In this document: positions 18,408 to 27,078 of the stretch, in pieces
Layout: each line of letters begins with the position of its first letter
Numbering within the stretch: the first letter of the stretch is position 1
Assembly (NCBI GenBank): GCA_965202985.1
Contig: CBDBCF010000001.1
Coordinates: forward strand, 2,240,001 to 2,304,000
Direction of reading: 5' to 3'
Source: Longimicrobiales bacterium
GTDB lineage: Bacteria; Gemmatimonadota; Gemmatimonadetes; Longimicrobiales; Gaopeijiaceae
DNA: 64,000 bases
Program-made: the position numbers and the translations under genes
Notes under the pieces: model-generated
Database searches by the model: none
What the model was told of the DNA's origin: nothing
What the model saw: only the letters and a program-made list of their open reading frames with translations

Positions 18408-18446
18408 GGTTCCTCCTGTTGTCGAGTGTACGGAAAGTAGTGGCCT

Positions 18447-18983
18447 CTAGCCGGATCCCATCGCCATCCAGAGAGCGTCGGCGACTTGGGAGACTCGGTT
18501 TCCGGGTCCGGCAGCAACCGCCCTGCCGTTTGCGCTCACAGCGAACACCCACGGGCTTCGGCGAACGACGGCCCACACGGACGTCTCCGGTCCACTGGCC
18601 GCATCGGCTTGGACCGTAAGGACCGGCACGGGCCACCCGACTGCTGTGGCGTATGCCGAGGCCGTCGCCTGTCTGGACGCCGACAGCGCGACGACCCTGA
18701 GGCTCGGGTCGGCGTGGCGAAGCCAGTCGTGCCACAAGGGAGCTACTCGTCGCGTGTGCACGCACTCCGGGTCGAAAACGAGCACCAGCAGAGGGCCCAT
18801 GGCGGCAAGTTGCTGCTGCCTGCCCTCGGCGTCCGTCGCCAAGACTCTCGACAGGTCCGCCGACGGCAGCGAAGGCGGCTGGGCGGGCGACACGTCGTCG
18901 AGGCGTAGCACGACAAGCACCGTCGCCTGGATGGCGGCGACAACGGTCAACGCTAGGGCGAGCGCCCTGGTCTTCGGCCTCAT
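18447..18983 (-). CDS. Membrane-anchored thioredoxin-fold (TlpA/AhpC-TSA-like) protein with CxxT motif
   Basis: ATGA-coupled to the upstream sigma, N-terminal TM, LLVLVFDPECVHT, VVALS, RSPWVFAV (cis-Pro position). Confidence 0.65.
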   Translation of the reverse strand: MRPKTRALALALTVVAAIQATVLVVLRLDDVSPAQPPSLPSADLSRVLATDAEGRQQQLAAMGPLLVLVFDPECVHTRRVAPLWHDWLRHADPSLRVVALSASRQATASAYATAVGWPVPVLTVQADAASGPETSVWAVVRRSPWVFAVSANGRAVAAGPGNRVSQVADALWMAMGSG

Positions 18984-19546
18984 CGGTCGTGGGCCACTTC
19001 GCGCAGCTTCCTGCGCAGAGTGGCGTGAGCCCGGCAGAGGTCCGATCTGACTGTGCCCTCCGGGCGGCCGACGGTCGCCGCGATCTCCTTGTGGGACATG
19101 TCCCTGAACCACCGGCAGATCACGACCGTCCGCTGGGTGCCCGGCAGCTCGTCGACGGCTCTGCGGATGTCCACCTTCAGGAGGATCGCGTCCTCGGGGT
19201 GGCCGGTGTCGCTGGCCGCCGGCGAAGCGTGCGCCTCCAAGAGGGAGGACTGGCGGGCGTGCTTTCTCGCCTCCTGCAGGCCCACGTTGCAGACGAAGCC
19301 GACCAGCCACGCACCTGCCGCTTCGGGGTCTTTGAGCGTCTGGAGCGCGTTGTAGGCGGCTATGGAAGCCTTTTGGACGAGGTCCTCCGCTCCCACCGAC
19401 CCGTGGGCGTAGCGAGCCGCCACAGAGAGCATGCGGGGGCGGTGGGTCTCGAGCCAGTTCCCGAAGGTGTGGTCGTCGGGGCTTTCGGCGGGCCGGTCCG
19501 GCGGCGGCCCGGTTCTCGGTTCGGAAGAGCGGCGCGTGGTACCCAT
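18980..19546 (-). CDS. ECF RNA polymerase sigma factor
   Basis: GGAGGA RBS, AEDLVQ...AWL, LPGTQRTVV...MSHKEIAATVGRPEGTVRSDLCRA. Confidence 0.9.
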   Translation of the reverse strand: MGTTRRSSEPRTGPPPDRPAESPDDHTFGNWLETHRPRMLSVAARYAHGSVGAEDLVQKASIAAYNALQTLKDPEAAGAWLVGFVCNVGLQEARKHARQSSLLEAHASPAASDTGHPEDAILLKVDIRRAVDELPGTQRTVVICRWFRDMSHKEIAATVGRPEGTVRSDLCRAHATLRRKLREVAHDR

Positions 19547-20075
19547 GAGTCCTCCGGTGAGGCGACAGCAAGCCGTCGGTGTGACGGCGCGACACTCTCT
19601 TGATGCTCCGAAGCCCGAAAGCGTGCAAAGGGCCTGACGAGCTTGCCGTGGAGACGGCGGCGAAGGCGGGGTTCAGCAGGGCGACGGGTACGGGGTCGAG
19701 GCGGACCCTCGGTTGCCGTTGGAGAAACGGCAGCGGCGACCGGACCCGCTGGCGGCCGGTTCGAGCGTGTGGCGCCGCCTTTGTTCGAGCGGAAGGGATG
19801 GCGGGCGGTGGGCGCTGGACGACGCGCTAATTGCTGATAAGGAGTCCGCGCGCGCGACGCGCACGAAGAGCAAGGGTTGTGTCGCGTACAGAGAACCTCT
19901 CGTGTCCGGGTCGGCTCGGCGTCCCGACAAGGCGGTGGATTCGCGGGAGGCCGCTGTTGCTGCAACAAAACCCGAGTGTCATGACAACCACAATACGAGC
20001 AAAGAATCGCGCGTCCCCGGCCATCGGGGCACGAAGCTCGATCCGTTCACCTTTCCCAACGGAGGAAGAGTCATC

Positions 20076-20630
20076 ATGAGAGAGATCGTCACCAAGATCG
20101 CGGCAATCTTTCTGGTCGCAACACTGGCCGGCGTCCCGGCCGTCGCGCCGATCGAGGCCCAGCCCTCGTCGTCGGAGGACCATTTCCGGACCGGCCAGCC
20201 CGCCTCGCCGAGCTTGGTCGTCGCGGACGCGTCCTGGCAGAAGGAGGTCGACGAGGTCGGCCGTCCCAACAGTCTCGCCTACGCTTCACCTCCGGCGATC
20301 GGCTTTCCACTGGTCCCTACGACCGAAGCCGAGAGGTTGCGGCTCGCGGTGGCCGTGTGCCTAGCCAAGATGTCGCCGAGTGGCGCCGAACACGTGTTGC
20401 GGTCGTTGCGGGCAGGGGCATGGACCTCGGCCGTTCGAGGCATGCAGGACGAAGACGAGGGCGAAACCAACGTGACTTGCACGGGCGAAGAGGCCACCGT
20501 GACCATCACGTCGGACTCGGTGCGAGCTTGCGTGACCAACGGGGAGTGCGCCGGCACGATCAACGGACATGGGGTGCACATGAAGTCCAGTGGCACGGTT
20601 TGCCTAACCATCGATCTCGAGCCGAGCTGA
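20076..20630 (+). CDS. Secreted protein with acidic linker and C-terminal 4-Cys beta-rich domain
   Basis: GGAGGA RBS, signal peptide MREIVTKIAAIFLVATLAGVPAVAPIEA, QDEDEGE, then TC...AC...EC...VC. Confidence 0.6.
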   Translation: MREIVTKIAAIFLVATLAGVPAVAPIEAQPSSSEDHFRTGQPASPSLVVADASWQKEVDEVGRPNSLAYASPPAIGFPLVPTTEAERLRLAVAVCLAKMSPSGAEHVLRSLRAGAWTSAVRGMQDEDEGETNVTCTGEEATVTITSDSVRACVTNGECAGTINGHGVHMKSSGTVCLTIDLEPS

Positions 20631-20636
20631 CCGCCA

Positions 20637-21752
20637 ATGGACGCCAAACCAACCGTGGCGACGAACCCCGTCGCCGGTCGCGGGTCCTGGATCCCCCGAT
20701 GGCTGTTGCTGGTCGGCGCCTTGACGATGGGGTCCCCGGCGGGCACGGCCTGGGCGAGCCAGCAGCAGCAATCGTTCAGCCTGCCCGTGTCCCTTCCCGA
20801 GCCGCCCGACGAACTCCTGGCGGCGTGCGATCTGGAGCGGTCGCCGCTTGCGCTCGAAGTCGTGGCGAGTTCGGTGGAGCACTATCCGACGCTGGCGGAG
20901 CGCACCTCCAGCGGCTGGCTCGTTTACGACCGGTACTCGGACCAGGTGGTGGAGCTGGACAACGACCTTCGGGAAACAGCGCAATGGGGTCGCAAGGGTC
21001 CGGGTCCCCTCGAGTACCGGGGCACCGTGCCAGGGTTCGGACGGACGGATTCTGGCGGCACCTTCGTCGTGGACGACTCGCCGCCGTCCGTCATGGTGTT
21101 CGGAGCAGCGAAGGAGGAGCACCGCCTGGACGTGACCCACCGGTTGCATCATGCCGTTAACGCAGGCAACCGGTTGCTGCTGGCCTCTGCCCTGGGTATC
21201 CACGGGACCACTCTGGCACCTGTGGACGAGGTGACGACGGAATGGAGCCGGGAGGACCTGGGGGTCGCCGTCTACGACGACGGCCAGCCTCCTCGTTTCC
21301 GGTTGCGCAGGGGCGGCGACGGGTTCCTGTACGCGGCCACGACGACTCAGTCGGCGATCTTCCTGCTGAACGGGGAGGCCGCGCCCCGGAAAGTGGTCCA
21401 GCGGTGCGTGCCCAAGGCGTGGCGGGAAGTGCATCGGAAGGCGCCGGTGTTCGAGAGCGGTCCTTTCAAGGGACACGGATACTCGATGCAGACGCTCGCC
21501 GACTACGCGGTGCTCGCGAGCGGCCGCGTGCTTGCGCTCGGCACGCTGGCCGCCAGCGGTGACGGGCACGTTTCCGTCGAACTGTACGACGCGAGCGGCG
21601 AGATGGTTCGGGCGTGGGAGCTTCCCTTGGCGACGTCGCAGGCGATGTTCGACCCGTACAACCCGCGCCGTCTTCTGGTGTGGGGAACGTGGAAAGGAGA
21701 CAAGCATGTTCGACTCGTCGAGGTCGAGGGCGATGACTATCCGTCGTCGTAA
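20637..21752 (+). CDS. Secreted 6-bladed beta-propeller-type protein, paralog 1
   Basis: Signal peptide (AWA cleavage), WGRKGPGPLE (GRxGxGPxE-type motif), beta-strand repeats, strong similarity to the next gene. Confidence 0.7.
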   Translation: MDAKPTVATNPVAGRGSWIPRWLLLVGALTMGSPAGTAWASQQQQSFSLPVSLPEPPDELLAACDLERSPLALEVVASSVEHYPTLAERTSSGWLVYDRYSDQVVELDNDLRETAQWGRKGPGPLEYRGTVPGFGRTDSGGTFVVDDSPPSVMVFGAAKEEHRLDVTHRLHHAVNAGNRLLLASALGIHGTTLAPVDEVTTEWSREDLGVAVYDDGQPPRFRLRRGGDGFLYAATTTQSAIFLLNGEAAPRKVVQRCVPKAWREVHRKAPVFESGPFKGHGYSMQTLADYAVLASGRVLALGTLAASGDGHVSVELYDASGEMVRAWELPLATSQAMFDPYNPRRLLVWGTWKGDKHVRLVEVEGDDYPSS

Positions 21753-22803
21753 CGTGACCGCGCTTCTTCTTGTTGCGGTCGCGGCAGGGTCGGGAAGCGC
21801 CGGCGTCAGCGACGCGGCGGCTCTTCAAGCGCCAGGCGCGCCCCCGCCGTTTCGTCCGCCGGAAGCGCTCGTTACGGCCTGCGAAATGGAGCGTTGGCCG
21901 CTCACGGTCGAGGTCGTCGCGACTTCGACTGCACACTATCCGCGTCACGCGGAACGCGTCCCAGGCGGTTGGCTCGTCTACGAGCGGTACGACCAACAAG
22001 TGGTGGAGCTGGACGACGACCTTCGCGAAGTAGCCCGATGGGGTCGCAAGGGGCCGGGCCCGCTGGAGTACCGCGGCAACGTGCCAGGGTTCGGCCGGAC
22101 GGAGTCGAGCGGCACCTTCGTCGTGGACGACTCGCCGCCGTCGGTCATGACGTTCGGCGCGACGGGAACGGAGTACCGCCTGGACGTTCCAAGACCGCAT
22201 CACGCTGTCGCCGTGGGAGGTCGGTTGATGCTTGCGTCGTCTGCGGGGATCCACGAAGCGACGATCACGGGCGACGGAGCGGGCGCAACGGCGTGGAGTC
22301 ACGAGGACCTGGGAATCGATGTCTCCGAAGACGGCAAGCCTTCGCGTTACTTGCTGCGCAGCGGCGACGGCTCCGTCTACGCGGCGGCCACGAGCCAGTC
22401 GTCCATCTGGGCATTGAGCGGCAAGGACGCTCCCCGCAAGGTGGTTCAGCGTTGCGTGCCCAAGGCATGGCAAGAGATGCATCGGAAGGCGCCCGTGTTC
22501 GAGCGAGGTCGGTTCAAGGGACAACGGTACTCGTTGCGAACGCTCGGTGACTATGCAGTCCTCGACGAGGGGCGTCTGCTTGCTCTCGGTACACTGCACA
22601 CTAACGCCGACCTGCACAGCTCGCTGGAGCTGTACAACGCGGACGGAGAAATGGTGCGGGCGTGGGAGATTCCTATGCCGTCGTCGTCTAGAAAGGTATT
22701 CGACCCCTACAACCCGCGCCGTCTTCTGGTGTGGGGACCATGGAAAGGAGAAGAGCATGTTCGACTCATCGAGGTCGACGGCGAGAACTATCCGTCGTCG
22801 TAG
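21706..22803 (+). CDS. Secreted 6-bladed beta-propeller-type protein, paralog 2
   Basis: AAAGGAG RBS and ATG 21706 (alternative 21733). Shares WGRKGPGPLEYRG, GTFVVDDSPPSVM, PRKVVQRCVPKAW and FDPYNPRRLLVWG with paralog 1. Confidence 0.7.
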   Translation: MFDSSRSRAMTIRRRNVTALLLVAVAAGSGSAGVSDAAALQAPGAPPPFRPPEALVTACEMERWPLTVEVVATSTAHYPRHAERVPGGWLVYERYDQQVVELDDDLREVARWGRKGPGPLEYRGNVPGFGRTESSGTFVVDDSPPSVMTFGATGTEYRLDVPRPHHAVAVGGRLMLASSAGIHEATITGDGAGATAWSHEDLGIDVSEDGKPSRYLLRSGDGSVYAAATSQSSIWALSGKDAPRKVVQRCVPKAWQEMHRKAPVFERGRFKGQRYSLRTLGDYAVLDEGRLLALGTLHTNADLHSSLELYNADGEMVRAWEIPMPSSSRKVFDPYNPRRLLVWGPWKGEEHVRLIEVDGENYPSS

Positions 22804-23111
22804 CGCTGTAGCGATCTTCTTCGTCGCCGCCGTGGCAGGATGGGAAGCCATCGCCGGTAGCACGGAAGAGGCGCTCGGCGCCGTCGGGACGCTAGCGGCA
22901 GGCCCCGAGACGGACGTCGAGCCAGAGTCGCAGGGAGACTGCTACGACTTCGGCGTGCTGCCTGACGGCGTCTCGATCGAGGGTTGCTGGAACTGCGACA
23001 AAGGACGTCCACTGGGGCTGGTCGTTCTGGTGTGTCGACGTCACGCTTTCTTGCGATGACGGCGAAGGCAACTCGCTCGAGATCGACATCACGGATGTGG
23101 GACTCTGTTGA
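22757..23111 (+). pseudogene. Small secreted Cys-rich protein with an apparent +1 frameshift near 23000
   Basis: AAAGGAG RBS, ATG 22757, signal peptide, acidic linker, ...DCYDFG...GCWNCDK. The +1 frame continues DVHWGWSFWCVDVTLSCDDGEGNSLEIDITDVGLC* to 23111; the uncorrected ORF stops at 23059. Confidence 0.5.
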
Positions 23112-23150
23112 CAAGACGCGACAAGTAGCCGAGTTGATTTGACGGTGATT

Positions 23151-23311
23151 GCGACTGAAGCCCTGGCGCAGGCTGCTTCTAGTCGTACAACATGTGCGGC
23201 GTCGCGGACCGAGCGAACTGCTCCAGCTCCGCTTCGGCGCCCTCCATGATCCCGGTGGCGCCGACGCCGGCGTCGATGCCGGTTCGCAGGCCGTCGTGTC
23301 CCCACAGGATG
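23151..23311. repeat. Direct-repeat copy of the namZ 3' end plus downstream bases (diverged)
   Basis: Aligns by eye to 25050-25205, e.g. gcgaactgctccagctc..gcttcggcgccctccatgatc..ggttcgcaggccgtcgtgtcccca.aggatg. Confidence 0.9.
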
Positions 23312-23426
23312 CGACGCGCGAGCCGACTTCACGCCGCGACTGCCTCCTTTACGCCCCCGTCACTTTGCTGGGGGTCAGCCCCGACGATGCCTCCGTCCAG
23401 CACCAACGCAACGCCTCCCACTTCCG

Positions 23427-24920
23427 TCACGCGCCCGCCACCTTGGTGGGGATCAGCCGACCGGTGCCGGCGCCGGCGCCCTCGCCTTTCTCGTAGTACT
23501 CGGCGTCCTGGTTCACGTTCCAGACGTCGTAGCGGGTCTCGCCGGCAATGATGTTCTCGACCGCGCACATGGCCGTCATCATCGCGTGGTCTTGGTTGTT
23601 GTACCTGTGCATCCCGTTGCGGCCGGTCAGATGCAGGCCGGGACATTTCGCCTCGACGAACCCCCGGATCAAGTTCACCCGGTCCGCATACCCTTCGTCG
23701 TACACCGGATACGCCTTCTTCTGCCGAATCACGAAGCCGTCGATCACGTCTTCGGCGACCGTCAGCCCGATCTGTATCAGCTCGCGCTTTCCTCGCTCCA
23801 CCAGCTCGGCGTCCGTGCTGTTCCACAGCCCGTCGCCCTCGAAGCAGAAGTACTCCATGCAGTAGAACGCAGTGTCGGGATCCGGAACCATCTCCGGCGA
23901 CCAGTACTTGTAGTTCTCGATCCGCCCGACCTTCACGTCCGGATCGTGGATGTAGATCCACTGGTCGGTGACGTCCTTGCGGTCCTTGACCACGATCCCG
24001 ACCGCGAGAAAGTCCCGGTACTTCAGCGCCTTCGCGGCGGCCGCGACCTCCGGCGACGGGCCCGGATCGACGAACCCGACGACCTCGCGCAGGGGCGCCG
24101 ACGAGATCACGTGCTCGGCTTCGTGGCTGGCTTCGTCGCCGTCCGGCCCCACCGACCCCACGCGCCACCTTCGGTCCGGCAGCCGTTCCAGGCTGGTCAC
24201 CAGCCGCCCCATCTCGATCTTGCCGCCCTGATCCAGAATCTTGCGCCCCGCGCTCTCCCACATCATGCCCGCACCCTTCGGCGGGTAGCGGAACGAGTTG
24301 ATCAGGGTCGTGATCACCTCCTTCCCCTTTCCCTTTGTGCGGCTGCCGGTCAGCGCGTTCCTAAGCGCGTCCGCCAGCGTGAAGCGCTTGATGCGCTGCG
24401 TCGCCCAGTCGGCCGAGATTTCCGAGCACTTCATGCCCCAGACCTTCTCGGTGTACGTTTCGAAGAACATCGAGAACAGCTTGCGGCCGAAGTTGTTGCA
24501 GACCCACTGCTCGAAGTTGTCGGGGTTCTTGACCGGAAACACCCGCGCCCTGAGGTAGGAGAGGACGCACATCGCCGATTCGACTACCCCGATCTTGCCG
24601 AAGATGTTGCCGAGCTTCAGCGGATAGTCGAAGAAGCTCTGCCGGTAGTAGATGCTCGACTTGCGCATGCAGCGCACAAAGCTCTCGTCGAGAATCTCCA
24701 GCCAGAGCTTGTCGACTTCCTCGGACTTGGTGTAGAAGCGGTGCCCGCCGATGTCGCAGCGGTAGCCGTTGTGGACGAACGTCCGGGAGAGGCCGCCCAG
24801 GTAGACGGGATCGGCTTCGAGGACGGTCACGGGAACATCCTTCCGGGACAGAAGGTACGCGGCCGTGAGGCCCGCGGGGCCGCCGCCTATGCAGAGAACG
24901 CGTGTCTTGGTCGAGGGCAT
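23427..24920 (-). CDS. FAD-dependent oxidoreductase (protoporphyrinogen oxidase / UDP-galactopyranose mutase-like family)
   Basis: GGGPAGL Rossmann motif, GGLSRT...DIGGHRF, YTEKVWG, WATQRI, FRYPPKG, KAYPVY, GRNGMHRYNNQDHAM. Confidence 0.85.
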   Translation of the reverse strand: MPSTKTRVLCIGGGPAGLTAAYLLSRKDVPVTVLEADPVYLGGLSRTFVHNGYRCDIGGHRFYTKSEEVDKLWLEILDESFVRCMRKSSIYYRQSFFDYPLKLGNIFGKIGVVESAMCVLSYLRARVFPVKNPDNFEQWVCNNFGRKLFSMFFETYTEKVWGMKCSEISADWATQRIKRFTLADALRNALTGSRTKGKGKEVITTLINSFRYPPKGAGMMWESAGRKILDQGGKIEMGRLVTSLERLPDRRWRVGSVGPDGDEASHEAEHVISSAPLREVVGFVDPGPSPEVAAAAKALKYRDFLAVGIVVKDRKDVTDQWIYIHDPDVKVGRIENYKYWSPEMVPDPDTAFYCMEYFCFEGDGLWNSTDAELVERGKRELIQIGLTVAEDVIDGFVIRQKKAYPVYDEGYADRVNLIRGFVEAKCPGLHLTGRNGMHRYNNQDHAMMTAMCAVENIIAGETRYDVWNVNQDAEYYEKGEGAGAGTGRLIPTKVAGA

Positions 24921-25049
24921 TGCGCTATTGGCGTGTGTCTGGGAGGAGGGTGAGAGGGGAAACGGAAGCGACGAAGCAAGATAGTGCAAGCAGGACCCGA
25001 GCGGGAGCCCCAACCGGTGGATCGCGGCCTACTGGACGAACACGCGATC

Positions 25050-25205
25050 GCGACTGCGAGCCCTGGCGCCGCCTAGTCGTAAAGCATGTGCGGCGTCGCG
25101 GAGCGGGCGAACTGCTCCAGCTCTGCTTCGGCGCCCTCCATGATCTCGGTGGCGCCGGCGCCGGCGTCGATGCCGGTTCGCAGGCCGTCGTGTCCCCATA
25201 GGATG
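25050..25205. repeat. Second copy of the ~160-bp direct repeat (intact namZ 3' end)
   Basis: Matches 23151-23311. Confidence 0.9.
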
Positions 25206-26263
25206 TCGATGGGCGGCAGCGTTTCTTCGTACTCGTAGGGCGGTTCGCGCCAGCCGAAGTGGTCCGGCGCCAATGCGCGGGCGGCGGCCAGGATCTCGAC
25301 GGCGGTGCGCACGGGCTGGAAGGCGTCGGGGTCGGCGACGTGCAGCTGGGCGCCTCCGCACAGCCGGTCGGCGTGCTTCTGGAAGGTGGGCTCGAAGTGG
25401 CATGGACGAAAAACGACGCCGGGCAGCTTTGCGGCGCGCAGGCGGTGCGCCAGGGCCAGGGGGTCCAGCCACGGCGCCCCGAAGAGCTCGAAGGGGCGGG
25501 TGGTTCCGCGTCCTTCCGACAGGTTGGTTCCCTCCAGCAGCACCATCCCCGGATAGACGGCGCAGGAGTCCGTCGTCGGCAGGTTGGGGCTGGGCATGAT
25601 CCAGGGCAGGCCCGTGGCGCGCCAGTCGGTTCGGCGGCTCCAGCCTCGGCAGGGAAGCACCGACAGCTCGCAGCCGATCTTCCTCTCCGCGCACAGCCAG
25701 CGGGCCAGTTCGCCACAGGTCAGTCCGTGGCGCAGGGGTACCGGGTGCAATCCTACGAACGACTCGAAGCCGGGGCGGAGGACGGGGCCTTCCCGCTTGA
25801 CCCCGCTCACCGGGTTAGGTCGATCCAGCACGACAAACCGGACTCCGGCTTCGGCGCACGCCTCCATGGCCAGCGCCATCGTCCAGACGAAGGTGTAGAC
25901 GCGCACGCCCACGTCTTGAAGGTCGAACAGGACGGCGTCCAGGCCGGCCAGCATTTCGGGATCGGGCTTGCGGACACGACCGTAGAGCGAGTGGACCGGC
26001 AACCCCGTGGCCGGGTCGGCATACGAGTCCGACTCGATCATGTTGTCCTGCTTTTCGCCGCGCGCGCCGTGCTGCGGGCCGAAGAGGGCGCGGAGGTCCA
26101 GCCCGGCTTCGCGAACGGCGTCCACGCCGAAGACGAGGTCGGAGGTGACCGACGCCGGGTGAACGATCATGCCCAGTCGGGCCCCGACAAGGTCCAAGCG
26201 CCTCGCCGACGCGGGCTCGCGGGTCAGAACGTCGAGACCGGTCAGGACGTTGGCGCCGCTCAC
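25073..26263 (-). CDS. DUF1343 / exo-beta-N-acetylmuramidase NamZ family protein
   Basis: LFGPQHG, SLYG, FDLQDVGVRVYTF, VLDRPNP, RHGLTCGELA, PSPNLP, EGTNLSEGRGTTRPFE. Confidence 0.9.
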   Translation of the reverse strand: MSGANVLTGLDVLTREPASARRLDLVGARLGMIVHPASVTSDLVFGVDAVREAGLDLRALFGPQHGARGEKQDNMIESDSYADPATGLPVHSLYGRVRKPDPEMLAGLDAVLFDLQDVGVRVYTFVWTMALAMEACAEAGVRFVVLDRPNPVSGVKREGPVLRPGFESFVGLHPVPLRHGLTCGELARWLCAERKIGCELSVLPCRGWSRRTDWRATGLPWIMPSPNLPTTDSCAVYPGMVLLEGTNLSEGRGTTRPFELFGAPWLDPLALAHRLRAAKLPGVVFRPCHFEPTFQKHADRLCGGAQLHVADPDAFQPVRTAVEILAAARALAPDHFGWREPPYEYEETLPPIDILWGHDGLRTGIDAGAGATEIMEGAEAELEQFARSATPHMLYD

Positions 26264-27078
26264 GTCTTCCGGGATTCGCCTTCGCCGGATTGCGGGAACA
26301 CCCGGTCCACCGTGACCCGGAGCGCTTGGCCGACGCGGTCCCGAACTGCCGGGGCGACTCCGTACGCCGACAGCCAGACACCCAGCTTCCAGCGGTCGCC
26401 GCTGCCCTCCAGCTCAACGTGCAGGACGCCGTCGCCGAACGACTCCACCATGCCGGCGAACGCCCAGGGCCGGTCGGAGTGGACCGCGACTCCCTCCAAG
26501 ACTTCGCCGCCGTCCAGCGCGAACCGAAAGCGGTCTCCGGCCAGGGGGGGCGGTGCGTTGCCCAGGCCGTCGGGCGCAAAGAGGCGACGCCAGACGTCTT
26601 CTCGCGTCCCGCGGACCCAGGGACGAGCGGAGATCATCGTTCGGGGGACGCCGGGGTGGCGCTCCAGGACATGCTTCAAGTTCCACAGGAAGAAGCGCCA
26701 GCCGTTCTCCATCATGTGCAGGAAGTCGTCCGCCTCCGGTCCTCCCGACAAGCCCGAGTTGACCAGGCGAAGTCGCATCCCGCCGTTCCTGGGCTCCAGG
26801 TAGTAGTCCAGCGCCGAAGGGGGCGTTCCCTCGGGCACGTCGTCCTCCAGCCGCAGGTGCACGCCGGGGCGCCAGACCGCGATACGGCTCGTCCACTCGC
26901 TGCCCTCGTCCCAGGCCACGGTGACGCTTCCGCCCTCGCCCGGCTCCGCCGACGCGATCGGAGAGAACCACCGCGACATCCACTCGCCGTCCGAGATGGC
27001 CGTCCACACGTCGGCGGGCGCCGCGTCGAGGTCCACCGAGAGATCGATTGTCCGCGCGCCTTCCTGTTCGCCGCTCAC
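26260..27078 (-). CDS. SRPBCC/AHSA1-domain protein
   Basis: APADVWTAISD...RWF, GGMRLRLV, GWRFFLWNLK. GTGA-coupled on both sides. Confidence 0.75.
   Translation of the reverse strand: MSGEQEGARTIDLSVDLDAAPADVWTAISDGEWMSRWFSPIASAEPGEGGSVTVAWDEGSEWTSRIAVWRPGVHLRLEDDVPEGTPPSALDYYLEPRNGGMRLRLVNSGLSGGPEADDFLHMMENGWRFFLWNLKHVLERHPGVPRTMISARPWVRGTREDVWRRLFAPDGLGNAPPPLAGDRFRFALDGGEVLEGVAVHSDRPWAFAGMVESFGDGVLHVELEGSGDRWKLGVWLSAYGVAPAVRDRVGQALRVTVDRVFPQSGEGESRKT

Noticed and set aside
20637..22803. Propeller duplication as a DGR template/variable repeat or an assembly duplicate
   Set aside because: There is no reverse transcriptase, differences are not adenine-specific, and both copies are substantially diverged intact ORFs.
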